A DNA stretch of 64,000 nt from Rebecca billardiae RCC1528 (Eukaryota > Protista > Haptophyta): assembly GCA_965240325.2 (NCBI GenBank), contig OZ251240.1, positions 868,001 through 932,000 of the forward strand. Reading direction: 5' to 3'. The notes under the pieces were generated by a model. The model had not been told where the DNA came from. It did not search any database and saw only the letters and a list, made by a program, of their open reading frames with translations. A program made the position numbers and the translations under genes. Shown here in pieces: positions 36,393 to 50,358 of the stretch (its first letter is position 1; every line of letters begins with the position of its first letter).

Positions 36393-37682
36393 TGACCGCG
36401 TTCCGCGGTCCTTTTCTGCATAGAATCAACGCAGTTGGGGGCCCGCGGTGGCCGTGCAATCGCGGCTCTCCGCCGTAGTGGCAGTTCGCCAGTTGAAGTC
36501 GGTTCTGAGATGACTGAAGCTATATTAGTCCGACCGTCGCCCTGCCTGCGCGACCGCGAGACTCATTCACACTTCACACAATCACAGCAGCGGACCTGAG
36601 ACCGCACCCGGCACCGGTCGTCAAATCGGACGTCCGTCTGACAACTAGCTGCCAAATGTCCAACTGGCTGATCAGCTCGGATCCGACCCGTCCGCGATCG
36701 TGCCATCGGCATCGGAATTACTACTAGTAGCTGCCAAACTGTGTCCAACTCTGGCTGATCAGCTCGGATCCGACCCGTCCGCGATCGTGCCGAGTGAGTC
36801 GTGCCGCGGAGCTCGGAGTACTGAAGGAGTCGGGTGTGACAGCAGGGTGCTTTAGCGCTGCGGCCCGTGCCAGCCAACGACCAGACGTACTCTGGCCACT
36901 TGACCCGTTGCACGGGTGAGTGACCGTACGCCCTGCCTAGTGCCTACCGCGCGCGCCGCGCGACCGGCGACTCGGGGTGATGGAGAGCGGATGGCGACAG
37001 CAGCAGCAGTCCTCATGAAGACGATGAAACTGGCGGCACGGGTGCACGAGGTGGCAGGCGAAAGCGCGCCGACGAGACCGCATTTGACACACCTGAGCCG
37101 CACGCGCGTGCCGTCGCCGAGGGCGAGTGGCGAGCGCTGCAAACGCGCAACCGTACCGCGCGCGCCACGACGGCGCGGCACTAGCTGATGCAGGCCGTAC
37201 TGCCGGCACTGCTTCTGCGATCATGCGCCACGGTCGCAGCTGACTGCGTGAGCAGCAAGCGGGAGGCGGGTCCGGAGGCACGTGCAGGCGCCGTCCCGCA
37301 TATCCGCCATCGCCCATCGTGCCGGGGCACGTCACCTCCGACGATCCGGATGTGGCCCAGTCCGGACGTCACGCGATCCGGGAAGACGAGTACGATTCGC
37401 TCGTAACGAACCGTTACACTAATGTCACGTCCAGCTGACGTCCAGATCGCACTTTACTTAAGGGAATCAGCTGGGCGCGCTTTTTTTTGGCCTGATAGAC
37501 CTCTCAATGCGATCTCAAAAACTCGAAACTCGGTCTCCGCCAGCCCTAAAAATCGCCCCCCGTCCCTTTTTTTCCGCCGCCCCCCGTCCCTTTTTTCTTG
37601 ATCATAAAGATCTTTTTGAAACGTGGTTCGGGCCCGCTGGTGCGGGCTCCACGCTGCGCGCTCCGCCCTGCACCGCGGGCCA
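36393..37682 (-). mobile_element. Non-autonomous DNA element, copy A (Helentron/HINE-like ends, TAA-flanked)
   Basis: Both ends match the ends of 57059..58830 in inverted orientation. Stem-loop GACCGCG-TTC-CGCGGTC at 36394-36410; 11-bp asymmetric IR at 36440-36450 and 37671-37681. Confidence 0.8.
36654..36791 (+). repeat. Internal direct repeat of about 45 bp
   Basis: ccaact(ct)ggctgatcagctcggatccgacccgtccgcgatcgtgcc occurs twice. Confidence 0.85.
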
Positions 37683-38267
37683 TAAGTTAACGTGCATGCA
37701 CTGATGCAGTACGCCGCCCTGTACGGGTGTCTCGGTCAGTGGTTTGAGGTTGGGTGCCAGGTGGTGGTTGGTTGGGGGCTGGCCAGGGTAGGGCTGGAGG
37801 CTAAGAGTAAGAAGGCAGTAAGGCTTCGGCCGCCAGCCTGATCACCCGGAGCCCGTTATATATAAATAAGGGGAATTTTAAAAAAAGTATATATATAATG
37901 ACGATCAGTAAATCAGTTATATATATATATTAGAAAATTATTATTATAGATCATACCGTCATACGCACCGTTTGAACGCCCACGCCATGCAAGGGCCCTT
38001 GCACGCGCGTCGTCGCTCTTTCCATGGCGGCGAGGCGGAGCACAATCGTCGTGCTGTGCAAGCTTGAACCCCTGCTGGGTTCGGCTTGGTCCGTACTGGT
38101 ATCGGACCCCGGCCCGCTTGGTGGCATAGACGGGCTTCTCGTTGATGGGCCCACGGCCACGCGTCTTGAGCTCACCGCTCGTCCGTCGGGTCCCCGCATG
38201 AGTATTATAAAATTCTACGCTGTCGTCGTTCGGTCGTAGCTACGCAGCGTCGTCTACTAGTAATGCC

Positions 38268-41200
38268 TTAGATGATCCCATCGAGGATGGCCGGGATCGC
38301 CGCGAGTGCACAGATGACCAGCGGCTCGATGACGACAAACGTCTGCGAGAGCGCGATGGCCCACGACTGCGCGAGCGCGCTGAAGCGAGCCTCGCCGAAC
38401 GAAAGTCCGAGGCTGATCGACAGCGCCGCGCACACCGCGAGGACGGTGGCGCACAGGAGCCACGAGATGCCGATCTTGACGCGGCCTGGCAGCGACGTGC
38501 GCTGGTGCGATCGGCGCTTCGCCTCTGCCTCCTCGAAAGCCTGCAGACCGCCGGGGGTGCGCCATGCGCGCACGCACGTGAGTGGTGCTGCTCCTTTGGG
38601 CGCGCGCGCACACGCTTGGACCGGGCGCGGAGGCGGCGGTCGCGGGCGCGTACCGCCATGCGCTCGTCGTACCACTCGAGCAGCGCGCCGAACTGGATGC
38701 TGCCAGTGCTGCCTGCATCGAGCTGGGCGCCCACCCTGCGCAACGCGCGCGCGCGGGCGCACGCGGTGTGCGCAGTGAGTAAGCCGCTCGTGAACGCGCG
38801 CGCTTGAAGCGGAGCGGACGAGGTGTGGCGCGAGGCGGCGGAGGCAGGGCGCGCGCGCGCCGCACCGCGCACCTCTCGACCTGCTCCGCCGTCATCGGCA
38901 TGCCCAGCCGCGTCATCAGCGCGCGCAGCTCGGTGCGAGCCACCTCGCCCGAGCGCGCCGCCGCGTCGTGAGCACTGAACACTCTCCACATGCCCCTCAC
39001 CTCGCGCTCGCTGAGCACGAACGAGGACGCGCCGAGCGCGTCGGCCGCGTCGGCGCGTCGGCGCGACTGTGCGGTGAGCGCTCGGACGAGCTCGAGCTGC
39101 GCCGGCGGCAGCTCGTCGAGCGCCGGGCTGGCGCGGCCGCCGGGTGTGCCCCGCCCGCCGTCGGTGGGTGACGGCGTGGTCGGCGTGCTCGCGCGCGTGC
39201 GCTGCCGCTGCCAGCTGGTGCCACTGCCACCGGCGTCGCTCTGCTGCTCCGACAAAGGGCCGCGTGCGCCCGCCTCCCGCGACTCCCCGCGGCCCTCCCG
39301 CGGCGGCGGCGGCGCGGACTCGGCGGCTTCGCCGTCGCCGGGCGTGCTCGGTCGGCCGGGCGACGCTGGGATCGGCGCCGGCGGGCTTGGCAGCTCAGGG
39401 GCGGCCTCGCCCCAGCCCGTCCGAGGCCGCACGAGTCGCAGCTGCCGGGCGTCAGGCGTAATGAGAGCCGGCGCGGAGCCAGAGCCGCGCGAGCTGCGCG
39501 CCGACCGATCCGCGGCCCCGGCGTGCAGCAGGCGCAGCGGTGACGTCGCGACGGGCGAGCCCTCGCGTGGCGGCGCGAGCGCGCGCACGCGCGGTGGCGA
39601 GAGCTCAACCTGCTCGATGCCCTCGTCGTCGCGCGCGCGAGGCGGCGCGGCGCGCGGCGGCGACGGCGGCGGCGATTGGGAGGGCTGTGCTTGGCGCTCA
39701 GACGGCGGCCTCGGCCGCGGCACAGCCGGCCTGGCCTCTGACGCCGGCGCGGCCGACTGCGCCGCGCGCGGAGCCGCGCGCGGAGACGGCTCGACTCGGT
39801 CGGCGCCGGCGGGCGCGCGCGGGCGCGCGCCGACCGAGCTCACGCCCGCCTCCGAGGCGAGCATGCGCGCGCGCCGCGGCTTGTACCCCGTCGCGGCGTG
39901 CAACAGCCGTCGAAGAAGTGGCGCGCGCCCCCCGTACCCCCACCGCCACAGTGCGCGGAGGGCGACGATGGCGGGTGCGGCGCAGCCGGCGCAGATGAAG
40001 CTGTTGACGACGAGCACGGCCGCGGGCACGGCCGTCTCGCTCGCCGGGCTGAGCAGCACGGCGCAGAGCAGCACCTCAAGCAGCAGCACCGCACACAGTG
40101 TGGCCGCGCGCTGCGGGCGGCGCACGCGCGCGTCGAGCCCAGAGTAGAGCCCGAGGAGGGAGTGCTCGGCGAGCAGCGCGGCGCGCGCGGATCGGATGCC
40201 GCGCGCGAGCAGCGCGGGCTGAGGCTCCGCGCCGCTGCCCGCGGCAGTCGCCGCGTCCTGCTCGGCGCGCACCTTCGCCGCCTGCAGCCGGTCGTCGCGC
40301 CAGTCCGCCCACGCGCCGAGCGCGCCGAGCGCCGCGCACGCGCCGAGCACGCTCAGGACGAGCGCGAGGATCGCGGCGCGCGAGCCGGATGGCCTCGGCG
40401 GGCGCTGCACGGAGGCGGCGGCGGGGTCGTCCGCGCCCCCGCCCGCGCCGCCGGCCGCCGCCGCCACGCCGCCGCCGTCCGCCTCGTCGGGCGGCGTCGT
40501 GACGGAGACGCCGCCAAAGTCGGTGAGGTGTGTGCACGCGCAGTACAGCGTGCCGTTGTCGCCGCCCGGCGGCGTGGGCACGGTCTCGCAGCCGTCGGTC
40601 GACCACGCGCCCTCCGCCACGTCCCAGAAGTGGCACAGCGCGCGCTGCAGGCAGCTCGGCCCGTACCACGGCGCGTCGCACGCGCACGCGCCGCCGGGCG
40701 CGCTCGCGTTCGGGTCGACGCCGAGCGCGCTCGCGTTGTGCGGCTCGAGCACGCACGCGCCGCGGCCGTTGCAGCCGCCAAACTCGGCGCACACGCCCGA
40801 CGCGCCGTACTGCAGCTCGTGCGACGCGCTGAGCGGGATCGCGATCACGATGGGCTCGTCGAGGCCGGCGACGGAGAGCTCGGCGCCCGTGGACGCGGAG
40901 GAGAAGGTGATCGCGTACACCCCCGTCTGCAGCTCGCCCAGCCCGGGCTGCGCCGTCGGGTCGCCATTCGTGTTGCGCGCAAACAGGTACTGCACCACGT
41001 CCACCACCGACGCGTTTGGCAGCGCGTCGAGCGCGCTCAGCGGCACGGCGAGCCCGCCGATGCCGCCGGGGGCGGCGATGGTGGAGTTGGGCACCGTGGA
41101 CGAGCGGCCCGCCGAGAGGCTCAGCCCGTTGCCCGAGAGCTCCTCCAGCTCCTCGTCGGCGACCTTGCCGGCGAGGAAGGCCAGGGCGAGCGCGGCCGCG

Positions 41201-44200
41201 GAGTCGGTCGCGAGCGTGTTGATCGCGCCGAGCACGGTCGGGTCGAGCGCGCTCGCGTTGGCGCCGAGCACGGAGAGCACCGACGAGAAGAGCGCGCTCG
41301 CGGCGGCCTCGTCCATCCCCGACGCCGTCGAGCCGAGCGTGAGCGCGAGCGTGAGCGAGAGCGCGTCGAGCTGCGCGCACGCGCTCAGCTCGGACGCGTT
41401 GGCGCTGAGCAGGACGTCTGCCACCGCGCCCGCCAGCTGCTTGCGCCGCGTCGCGGTGGAGACGGTGGCGTTGCCCGCGCTGCCCACGATCGTCAGCATC
41501 TCCTCGACGGCCGAGCCCGAGCCATCGCACGCCGGCAGCTCGGCGGCGGTGCCGTTCGCGCTCGTGTTCGTCGCCTGCAGCGCGCGGCGCGCGGTCGGGC
41601 GCGGCGCGGCCGCGCCCAGCCGGCGCGCGCGGCCGGCGCGCGCGGCGCCTCCGGCGCAGCTGCCGTCCTTTGCGAGCGCTGCGAGCAGCTGCATCGAGCG
41701 CGCCACGTTGCCCGTGGCCAGCTCGTCCTCCGCGCGCGCGATGATCCCGGCGCAGTCGATGTCGGAGGGCGCGAGCACGGTCGTGCTCGCCGCCGCGTCG
41801 ACCGCCGAGCCGTAGAAATCGAGCACGCGCACGGCGAGGGACAGCGCACCCTGCGGCAGAAAGACGCTGACGAGCGTGGGCGAGCGCACGCGCTCGGAGA
41901 GCGCGCGCGGCACGGCGTCCGCGCCGTCGGCGGTGGGCGTGTACGAGAAGGCGTACTCGAGGGGCAGGTCCGACGCGTCGTCCGTCCAGCCCAGCGCCTG
42001 CAGGCTGAACGCCGTCTCGAGGGCGCGCCCGCCCGCCGCGGGCTCGACCGTCAGCCCGCCGCCATACGGCGGCCGGTTGATGAGGACGTCCACGCTGCCG
42101 ACCGCGTCGGCCGCGCCGCCCGAGACCGTGAGCTCGAACGAGTACCGCGCGCCGGGCGTGAGCACGCCGCTGCGGAACGCGAGCGTGCGCTTGTCGTCGC
42201 CCGTCGTCGTGACCGCGCCGTCGGCGAGGTCGAGGGCCGAGGCCGAGCGCACGCCGCCCAGGTCGACGAACGCGCGCCACGCGTACGAGTAACGCGCGCG
42301 GCCGCCGCCCACCACGCCGGCGGAGATGGCGAGCCGCTCGGTCGGCAGCTCCCACGTGGGGTTGTACTTGAGCGCGGTGAGCGGCTCGAAGCCGATCACC
42401 GGCACGTCCGGCCTGTCGACCACCTCGAGCGAGAGCGAGGACGTCGCCGCCTCCAGCCCGGCCTTGGCGAGGCGGAGGCTGACGGAGTAAAGGCCGGCGC
42501 CGAGCGCGCCCGGCGGCAGCGCGAGCACGCTCGCGCCGAGGTCGACGCCGAGCGCGGCGTCGAAGGCGACGGGCTCCCCCGCCGTGCCGTTCGCGTCGGG
42601 CGCCACGCTCCAAGCGAAGCTCAGCTCGCTCTTGCCCTGCAGCGCGGGCACGTTGGGGTCGTAGGAGTTGGACGCGTCGATCGAGACGGCCGCGTCCGCC
42701 GAGGTCTGCCGGTCGCCGCCTGCGACGATGATCTGCAGCTCCTGCGCCTCGACCTGGAGCGTGACGGTCGCGCTCGTCGCCGCGCTCGGCTCCGCCTCCA
42801 TGTACGCGTCCAGCCGCAGATCGTACGAGTACCCCGCGAGGAGCGTGAATGGCGGGATGAGCAGCCCGGGCTTGTCCGGCGCGTCGACGGGCAGCGCGAG
42901 GCCGGCGTCCGCGCCGCTCGCCGTCTCGGTCGAGCCGAGGTACGACCAGCGGAAGACGACGGTCGCGCCCGAGCCGCTCGGCCAGCACTCGGCGAGCGTG
43001 GCGACGCCCTGCAGCAGCCGCGACTCCGACGGCCGCGCCGTCTGCACGCGCGGGCCGTCGATCGCGAGCGCGGGCGAGGCGCCGCCCGCGCGCGACACCG
43101 ACCACTCGACCAGCGAGGACTGCCGCCCGAGGAAGGAGGCGACGCGGAGCAGGAAGACGTAGCTGTCGCCCTGCAGCCCGCTCAGCTCGACCACCGGGCC
43201 GGTCTGCGTCGCGAGCTGCGCGTTGAGCGCGTCCGCAAAGTCCGAGCGGCTCGGGTCGACGCGCCACGTGTACGTGAGCGGCACGGCGCCGCCGCCGGAC
43301 GACGCGGTGCCGTCGAGCCTCAGCACCTCGTTCGGGCACTGCGAGATCTGGCTCGGGCCGGAGATGTCCGCGACGGGCACGGGGCACGAGCCTGCGCACG
43401 GGAAGTCCGCGTCGATCGTCGCCGAGCCCGACGCGCACAGCCCGCGCGTGCCCGGGCACTCGCCCGTGTACAGCAGCGGCGTGATCACGTCCGGCCGCAG
43501 CGCGAGCGCGTCGCCCGGCCGCAGCTGCGTGCGCGCGTTCAGCCGCGCGACGATTGTGAACGCGTTCTCCCACAGGCAGCGCGGCTCCTCGTCCGACGAG
43601 CCCTTGAGCAGGCTGACCGTTGCGTCGTCCAGCACGATCGAGCACCGCTCGAGGCCGTAGACCCCGCCGCGGTTGGTCTCCTGCCCGTCGAGCACGAGCC
43701 GGACTGCGGTGGCGTCGTCGCTGAAGACCGCCGCGCTGATCTCGGGGGCGTGCAGCCCGCGGAACGTGTACTGTGGCGCGTCCGCCGCGTCGGCGGGGGC
43801 GAACTGACGCCCGTTGAGCGCGACGGTGACCGCGGCGCCGCCCTCCTCGCCCCAGCTCGACAGCTGCACGATGTGCGTGTCGTTGAACGAGAGCGGCGCG
43901 GCCGCGGTCGTCGGGCCAAAGCGCACCCGCAGAAATGACGACGGCGCGTCGCCGTACTCGACGCCCGACTGCGCGAGCGCGGCGAAGCCCGAGCCGGTGA
44001 GCGTGACGGTCGTGCCGCCGATCGCGTCGCCGAGGTCCGGGCTCACGCTCTCGACGACCGGCTCGTCGTAGTACACGAAGCGCACGGCCGAGTCCGTGGT
44101 GGAGGCGAGCGTGCCGTTGTTGAGCGAGATGTCGAGCGTCACGTTGCCCGCGCGCCGCGCCGGCGGCACCGTGCACAGCGCGCGCGACGAGCCGTCCGCC

Positions 44201-47200
44201 GCGTCGGAGAGCAGCGTGGCGCGCGCGGCGCACTCGCCCGCGCCGTCGAGCACGCAGCAAAGCCGCTGCCCGCCGGCCGCCGCCGCGTCGCCGTACTCGT
44301 CGAAGCCGGCGCCGAACACGGTGACGCGCGTGCCGCCCGCGACCGGCCCGCCGGGCGGCACGAGCCTGCTCACCGCCACGTCCGCCATGTCGTACAGCTC
44401 GAAGCCGATCTCGTCGAAGAGCACGGGCACCGCGTGCACGCCGCCGTCGAGCGAGAGCGAGACGGTGTACTCGCCCGCGCCCGCGCCGGACGGCGAGTCG
44501 CACGTCGCCGTGCCCGCGTCGCGCACCGCGCCGGGCGCCTCGACGGCGGCGCCGCCGGCGCTCGGCGCAAACGCGCAGCGCGTCGCGCCGAGCTCGACAA
44601 AGCCCGAGCCGAAGAGAGTGAGCGCCGGGTCTGCGCCGCCGACGGGCGCGCCGCTCGGCTCGGCCGCGGAGACGAGCGCGGTGTACAGCGTGAACTGCGC
44701 GCCGTCGTCGGTGAACGCCTGGCCGTTGAGCGACACCTCCACGGCGATGTCGCCCGGCGTGACGAGCGGCGAGATGTACGGCGCGGCGCAGAGCACCTCG
44801 TCCACGCCCGCATCCGGCAGCGTCCCCGCCACCTCCACGCGCCCGCCGCCAAAGTTGGGCCCGACGAAGGCGCACGCGAGGCCGGCATAGTCGGTGAAGT
44901 TGGTGCCGCGCACCGCCAGCGTCGCGTCCTGCGTGCCCTGCGGCGCGCCCGGCGGCCACAGCGCGGTCACGCTGACCGCACCCATCTCGAAGTAGGCGAA
45001 CGCATTCGTGATCGCCACGGGCTCGCGCGGCTCGCCGCTCGCCGGGTTGCTCTCGTCGACGACGAGCGAGAGCGCGCGCAGCGCGGGCGCGTCGAGCGCG
45101 GGCGCGGTGCAGTTGATCTGCGTGGGCGTGATCGCGTCCACGCGCACGCGCACCTCCGACGCGCCGTCGCCAAACACGCAGTAGATGATGCCCGCCTTGC
45201 TCTGCGCGCCCAGCTCAAAGCCCGAGCCAAACACGGTGACGCTGGTGGACCCAAAGTCGACGCCGACCGGCGCGCCCGTGGGCGCGAGGCTGCTGAAGGC
45301 GGCGAGCGCAAACGGATCGTCCGGCAGCGTGACCGAGAGGGTGGTCGAGGCGAACTGGCGCCACGGCAGGCCCTCCGACGCCGCGCCGAAGCGATAGCAC
45401 AGCCGGTGGCCGGTTGCGACCGCGCCGAACGTGAACCTGCCCACGCCGCCACTCACCACCGCGTTCGCGTCGCCCGAGATCCGGTCCGCCTCGGCGCAGC
45501 CGCTACTCGCCGACATCGGCACGAAGTACGCCTCGTCGCCCTCGCCGATGCCCACGCCCTCGAAGGCGACCGGCTCCTCCACGGTGACCACCGCGAGCAC
45601 GACAAACGGCCCCGAGATCTGCAGCACGTCCAGCGTGAGGTTGGCGTAGAGCGCAAACGGCTCCGTCCCAAACCGGTAGCAGAGTGCGTACCCGAGGCCG
45701 CCCGTGCCGGGCAGGAAGGTGAAGGACGAGCGCCAGTCGGCGCTCACCGGCTTGGCGCCGCCCCACTGCACGCGCGGCGGCTGCGACGCGCACGACGCCG
45801 TGCCGCCGGGCACCCAGTACGCGCGGTCCGTGCTGCTCAGCCCAAACCCGTCGAACAAGACGCCCTTGGCGCTGCCCACGACCGCGCGGCCGCCGCCCGA
45901 GTAGCCGAACAGTGCGTTCACGGCGAGCGTCACGTCGGGGTAGTGCGCCCACGGCTCCGCGCCGAAGCGGTAGCACAGGCTGAACCCCGTGCCCGCGGCG
46001 GTGGGCGCGAAGCTGCCGCCGCCGGACGCGTCGACGACGAACGCGCCGCCGAGCTCCGCGCGAGCGCCGCCGCCCGCCGCGGGGCAGTCCGCCGCATCGC
46101 TCACCCAGTAGGCCGCATCGCCCTCCGCGACGCCCACGCCCGTCACGCGGAAGGGCTCGGCGACGCCCGCGACCGCGACCGTGGACGCCGGGCCCTGCAC
46201 CTCGGCCGCGACGAGGCGCAGCCCGGCGAGGTACACGTACGGCTCGTCCGCGTGCTTGAAGCACAGCCGCAGGTCCGCGTGCGCGGCGCCAAACGCGAAC
46301 GCCGCGCGGAGCGAGCCGTCGAGCGTCTGCACGCCGCCGTACGCGGCCGACAGCGTGTCGGCCGCGCTGAGCTCGGCCGCGCAGTCGATCGCCGTGCCGT
46401 TGTACGCGGCCCAGAACGCCTGGTCGCCCGCGCTCAGCCCGACCCCGCCGAACGTCACCGGCTCGGCCACGCCCACCACGCCGAGCGTGGACGCGGGCGT
46501 CTGCACCTGCACCGCGTCGAGCGTGAGGGCCGGGTACAGCTTGTACGGCTCGCCCGCAAACGCGTAGCACAGCGCGAGGCCGAGGGCGGGCGCGCTGAAG
46601 CTCACGGCGAGCTGCGAGGACGCGTCGACGGCGCGCACGCCGCCGTACGCGCGCGTGCTGCTTGAGCAGTCCGCCGCGCTCGGCTCGACCCACTTGGCCG
46701 CGTCGCCCGCGGCCACGCCGTGGCCGCTGAGCGCGACCGTCTCAGCGACGCCGACGACGACGCGCGTGAACGCCGGGCCGTCCACGTCGTACGCGTGGAG
46801 CGCGACGGCGGCGAAGAGCGCGTACGGCTCGCCCGCGAACGCGTAGCACAGCACCAGCCCGCCCGGCTCGGCCGCGGTCGTCTGCGCGAGCGTGAAGCTC
46901 GCGCCGCCGGCCGCGCTCACGTTCTGCGCGCCGCCGTACGCGGACGAGGGCGGCGCGTCGGCGCACGACGCCGTGCCGGCGGGCGCCCAGTACGCGGCGT
47001 CACCCTCGCCGATGCCCACGCCGGTGAAGAGGACGGCCTCGGGCACGCCGACCACGGCGACTGTGGCCGCGGGGCCCCGCACCGCGTGCGCGTCGAGCAG
47101 CCGCGCCGCGCCCGAGCCCGCGCCGTACAGTCGCGGCGGCGCGCCCGCAAACGTGTAACAAAGCTCGAGGCCGAGGCCGGCGGCGCTGAAGTCAAAGGTG

Positions 47201-49812
47201 GCGGTGCCGGCCGCCGAGACGGCCTGCTCGCCGCCGAAGCCGGCGGGCGTGGCCGAGCAGTCGCTCGCGCCCGGGCTGAGCCACTTGGCCGTGTCGCCCT
47301 CGCCCAGCCCGTACCCCTCGAAGCTCAGCGTCTCCGGCACGCCCACCACGACCGCGGAGCGCGCGGGCGCGCTCACGTGCAGCGGCTCGAGCGAGACGGC
47401 GGGGAAGTGCGCCCACGGCTCGGACGGGCCGAAGCGGTAGCACAGCCCGAGCGGCGCGGAGGTGGGCGGCGGCGCGAGCAGCTCGAACGCGCCCACGCCG
47501 CCGCTCACGTTGCGCTCGCCGCCGTACGCCGCGACGGCCGCGCCCGCGAGGCAGGCGGCCGCGCCCTCCGCCCAGAAGAAGGCGGAGCCTTCGAGCGAGG
47601 CGCCGACGCCGCCAAAGGCGACCGCGGCGGGCAGCCCGACGACGGCGCGCGAGGCCGCGGGCGACGAGACCTCGAGCACGTCCAGCGCGATGCTGCCGTA
47701 CAGCGCGAACGGCTCGGCGCCGTGCGCGTAACAGACCGCGTGCCCGAGACCCGCGGCGGGCACGCTGAAGTTGGCCGCCAGCTGCGCGTCCACGGTGGAC
47801 ACCGCCGAGGCGCGCGCGCTGCTGGGGCCGTCCTCGGCGCACGCGGCGGCGGTGGCCGCGCCGGGCAGCAGCCAGAAGGCGCGGTCGCCCGGCGCGAGCC
47901 CGACGCCGCTGAACGTCACGCGCTCGGCCACGCCCACCACGCCGAGCGTTGCGACCGGCCCGGTGAGCTGCAGCACGTCCAGCGTGTGCGTCGGGTAGAG
48001 TTTGAACGGCCGGCCGCCAAACTTGAAGCACAGCTGCAGCCCGAGCGCGCCCGAGCCGATGGCGAAGGCGGGGCTCTGTCCGGCGGTGGGCAGCGTGATG
48101 AGCCCGCCCAGGGCAGCATCCTCCGTGAGCGCGCAGCTGCTCGCGCCCGCCGGCACCCACTTGATCACGTCGCCCGCGGCCAGCCCCTCGCCGCTGAGCG
48201 ACACGGCCTCGGCCACGCCTGCGACGAACGTGAACGCGGTGGGCGCGCCGCCGAGGCCGTACACGTCGAGCGTGATCGCGGCGTACAGCTTGTACGCGTG
48301 CGTGCGGAAGCGGTAGCACAAAACCAGCCCACTCGTGCGCTCGGGGAACGTCGGCTGTACGCGCGAGCCGACGAGCGGGAGCGCGGCGCCGCCGTCGTGC
48401 GCGGCGGGCGCGTCCGCGCAGCCGAGCGCCGCCGCGTCCGCCGCGGCCACGAACTTGGCGGCGTCGCCCGTCTTGACGCCGATGCCCGAGAAGGTGACGC
48501 GCGAGAGCACGCCCTCGACCACGAACGCGCGCGAGCTGCCGAGCACCTCCTGCGCATCCAGGTAGTACGTGGGCTCCTCCGTCCACGCGCCCGCGCCGGG
48601 GCTGCCGCTGCCGACGGGCGCGAAGTAGCAGAAGCGCAGCGCCCACGCGGGCTGGGCGAAGGTGAACGTGGCGTTGCCGCCGACGAGCGTCTGCTCGGCG
48701 CCGTACGCGTCGAGCGCGGGCGCGGAGCAGTTCGCGCCGCCGCCGCCCTCCGCGGCGGGCAGCCACTTGAGCCGCGAGCCGTCCGGCAGCCACCACTCTG
48801 GGCCGAGCGCGAGCTGCTGCGGCACGGCGACGACCGCGGTGAAGGTGGTGGCGTTCTCGCGCAGCGGCGGCGGCGGGCTGGGCGGCGGAGGGGAGGGCGG
48901 CGGCGGCGAGGGCGGCGGCGGTGGCGGCGGGCTGGGCGGCGGCGGCGAGGGCGGCGGGCTGGGCGGCGGGGTCGGCGGCGGGCTCGGTGGCGGCGAGGGC
49001 GGCGGCGGGCTGGGCGGCGGTGAGGGCGGCGGCGGCGGCGGCGGGCTCGGCGGCGGCGAGGGCGGCGGCGGCGAGGGCGGCGGCGAGGGCGGCGGCAAGG
49101 GCGGCGGCGAAGGCGGCGGCGGGCTGGGCGGCGGCGGGCTGGGAGGTGGCGAGGGCGGCGGCGAGGGCGGCGGCGAGGGCGGCGGCGAGGGCGGCGGCGA
49201 GGGCGGCGGCGAGCTCGGCGGCGGCGGGCTCGGCGGCGGCGAGGGCGGCGGCGAGGGCGGCGGCGGCGGCGGCGAGGGCGGCGGCGAGGGCGGAGGGCTC
49301 GGTGGTGGGCTCGGAGGGCTCGGCGGCGGGTACGGCTCAGTGCGCGGTGGCGGCGGCGGGCTCGGCGGCGGGGCAGGCGGCGGCGGTGGCGGGGGCGGCG
49401 AGGGCGGCGGGCGTGGGGGCGGTGGCGGCGGCGGCGAGGGCGGCGGCGAGGGCGGCGGTGGCGGCGGTGGCGACGGCGGTGGGCGCGGCGGCGGCGGTGG
49501 TGGCGGCGATGGCGGCGGGCTCGGCGGCGGGCTCGGCGGTGGCGGCGGCGGGCTCGGCGGCGGATTCGGTGGCGGACTCGGTGGTGGCGGCGGCGGAGTC
49601 GGCAAGGGCGGCGGGGGCGGGTCCGTTGGCGGTGAGGGCGGCGAGCTTGGCGGCGGCGATGGGCGTGGCGGCGGGCTCGGCGGCGGACTGGGTGGCAGCG
49701 AGGGCGGCGGTGGCGGCGGCGGCGAGGGCGGCGGGCTTGGCGGCGGCGGTGGTGGCGGCGAGGGCGGCGGCAAGGGCGGCGGCGGCGGCGGCGGGGGCGA
49801 AGGCGGTGGGCT

Positions 49813-49843
<31 letters not shown>

Positions 49844-49932
49844 TGGCTCGGCGGTGGCGGCGGTGGTGGCGAGGGCGGCGGGCTCGGCGGTGGCGGGGGT
49901 GGCGACGATGGCGGCGGGCTCGGCGGCGGGCT

Positions 49933-49965
<33 letters not shown>

Positions 49966-50325
49966 GCTCGGCGGCGGCGGTGGTGGCCGCGCGGGCGGAG
50001 GCGAGGGCGGCGGCAAGGGCAGTGAGGCAGGCGGCGGGCTTGGCGGCGGGCTCGGCGGTGGGCTCGGCGGCGGAGGCGGTGGCGGCGAGGGTGGCGGGCT
50101 TGGGAGCGGCGGCGGCGGCGGCGAGGGTGGCGGGCTCGGCGGCGGCGGTGGCGGCGGTGAGGGCGGCGGACTGGGCGGCGGCGGTGGCGGCGGTGACGGC
50201 GGTGGGCTCGGCGGCGGCGGCGATGGCGGCGGCGGCGATGGCGGCGGGCTCGGCGGCGGCGGCGGCGGCGAGGGTGGCGGGCTCGGCGGTGGCGGGCTCG
50301 GCGGCGGCGGCGAGGGCGGCGGGCT

Positions 50326-50358
<33 letters not shown>

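Noticed and set aside
39898-49023. Long Arg-rich ORFs overlapping the giant gene
   Set aside because: Off-frame products of very high GC content; no motifs.
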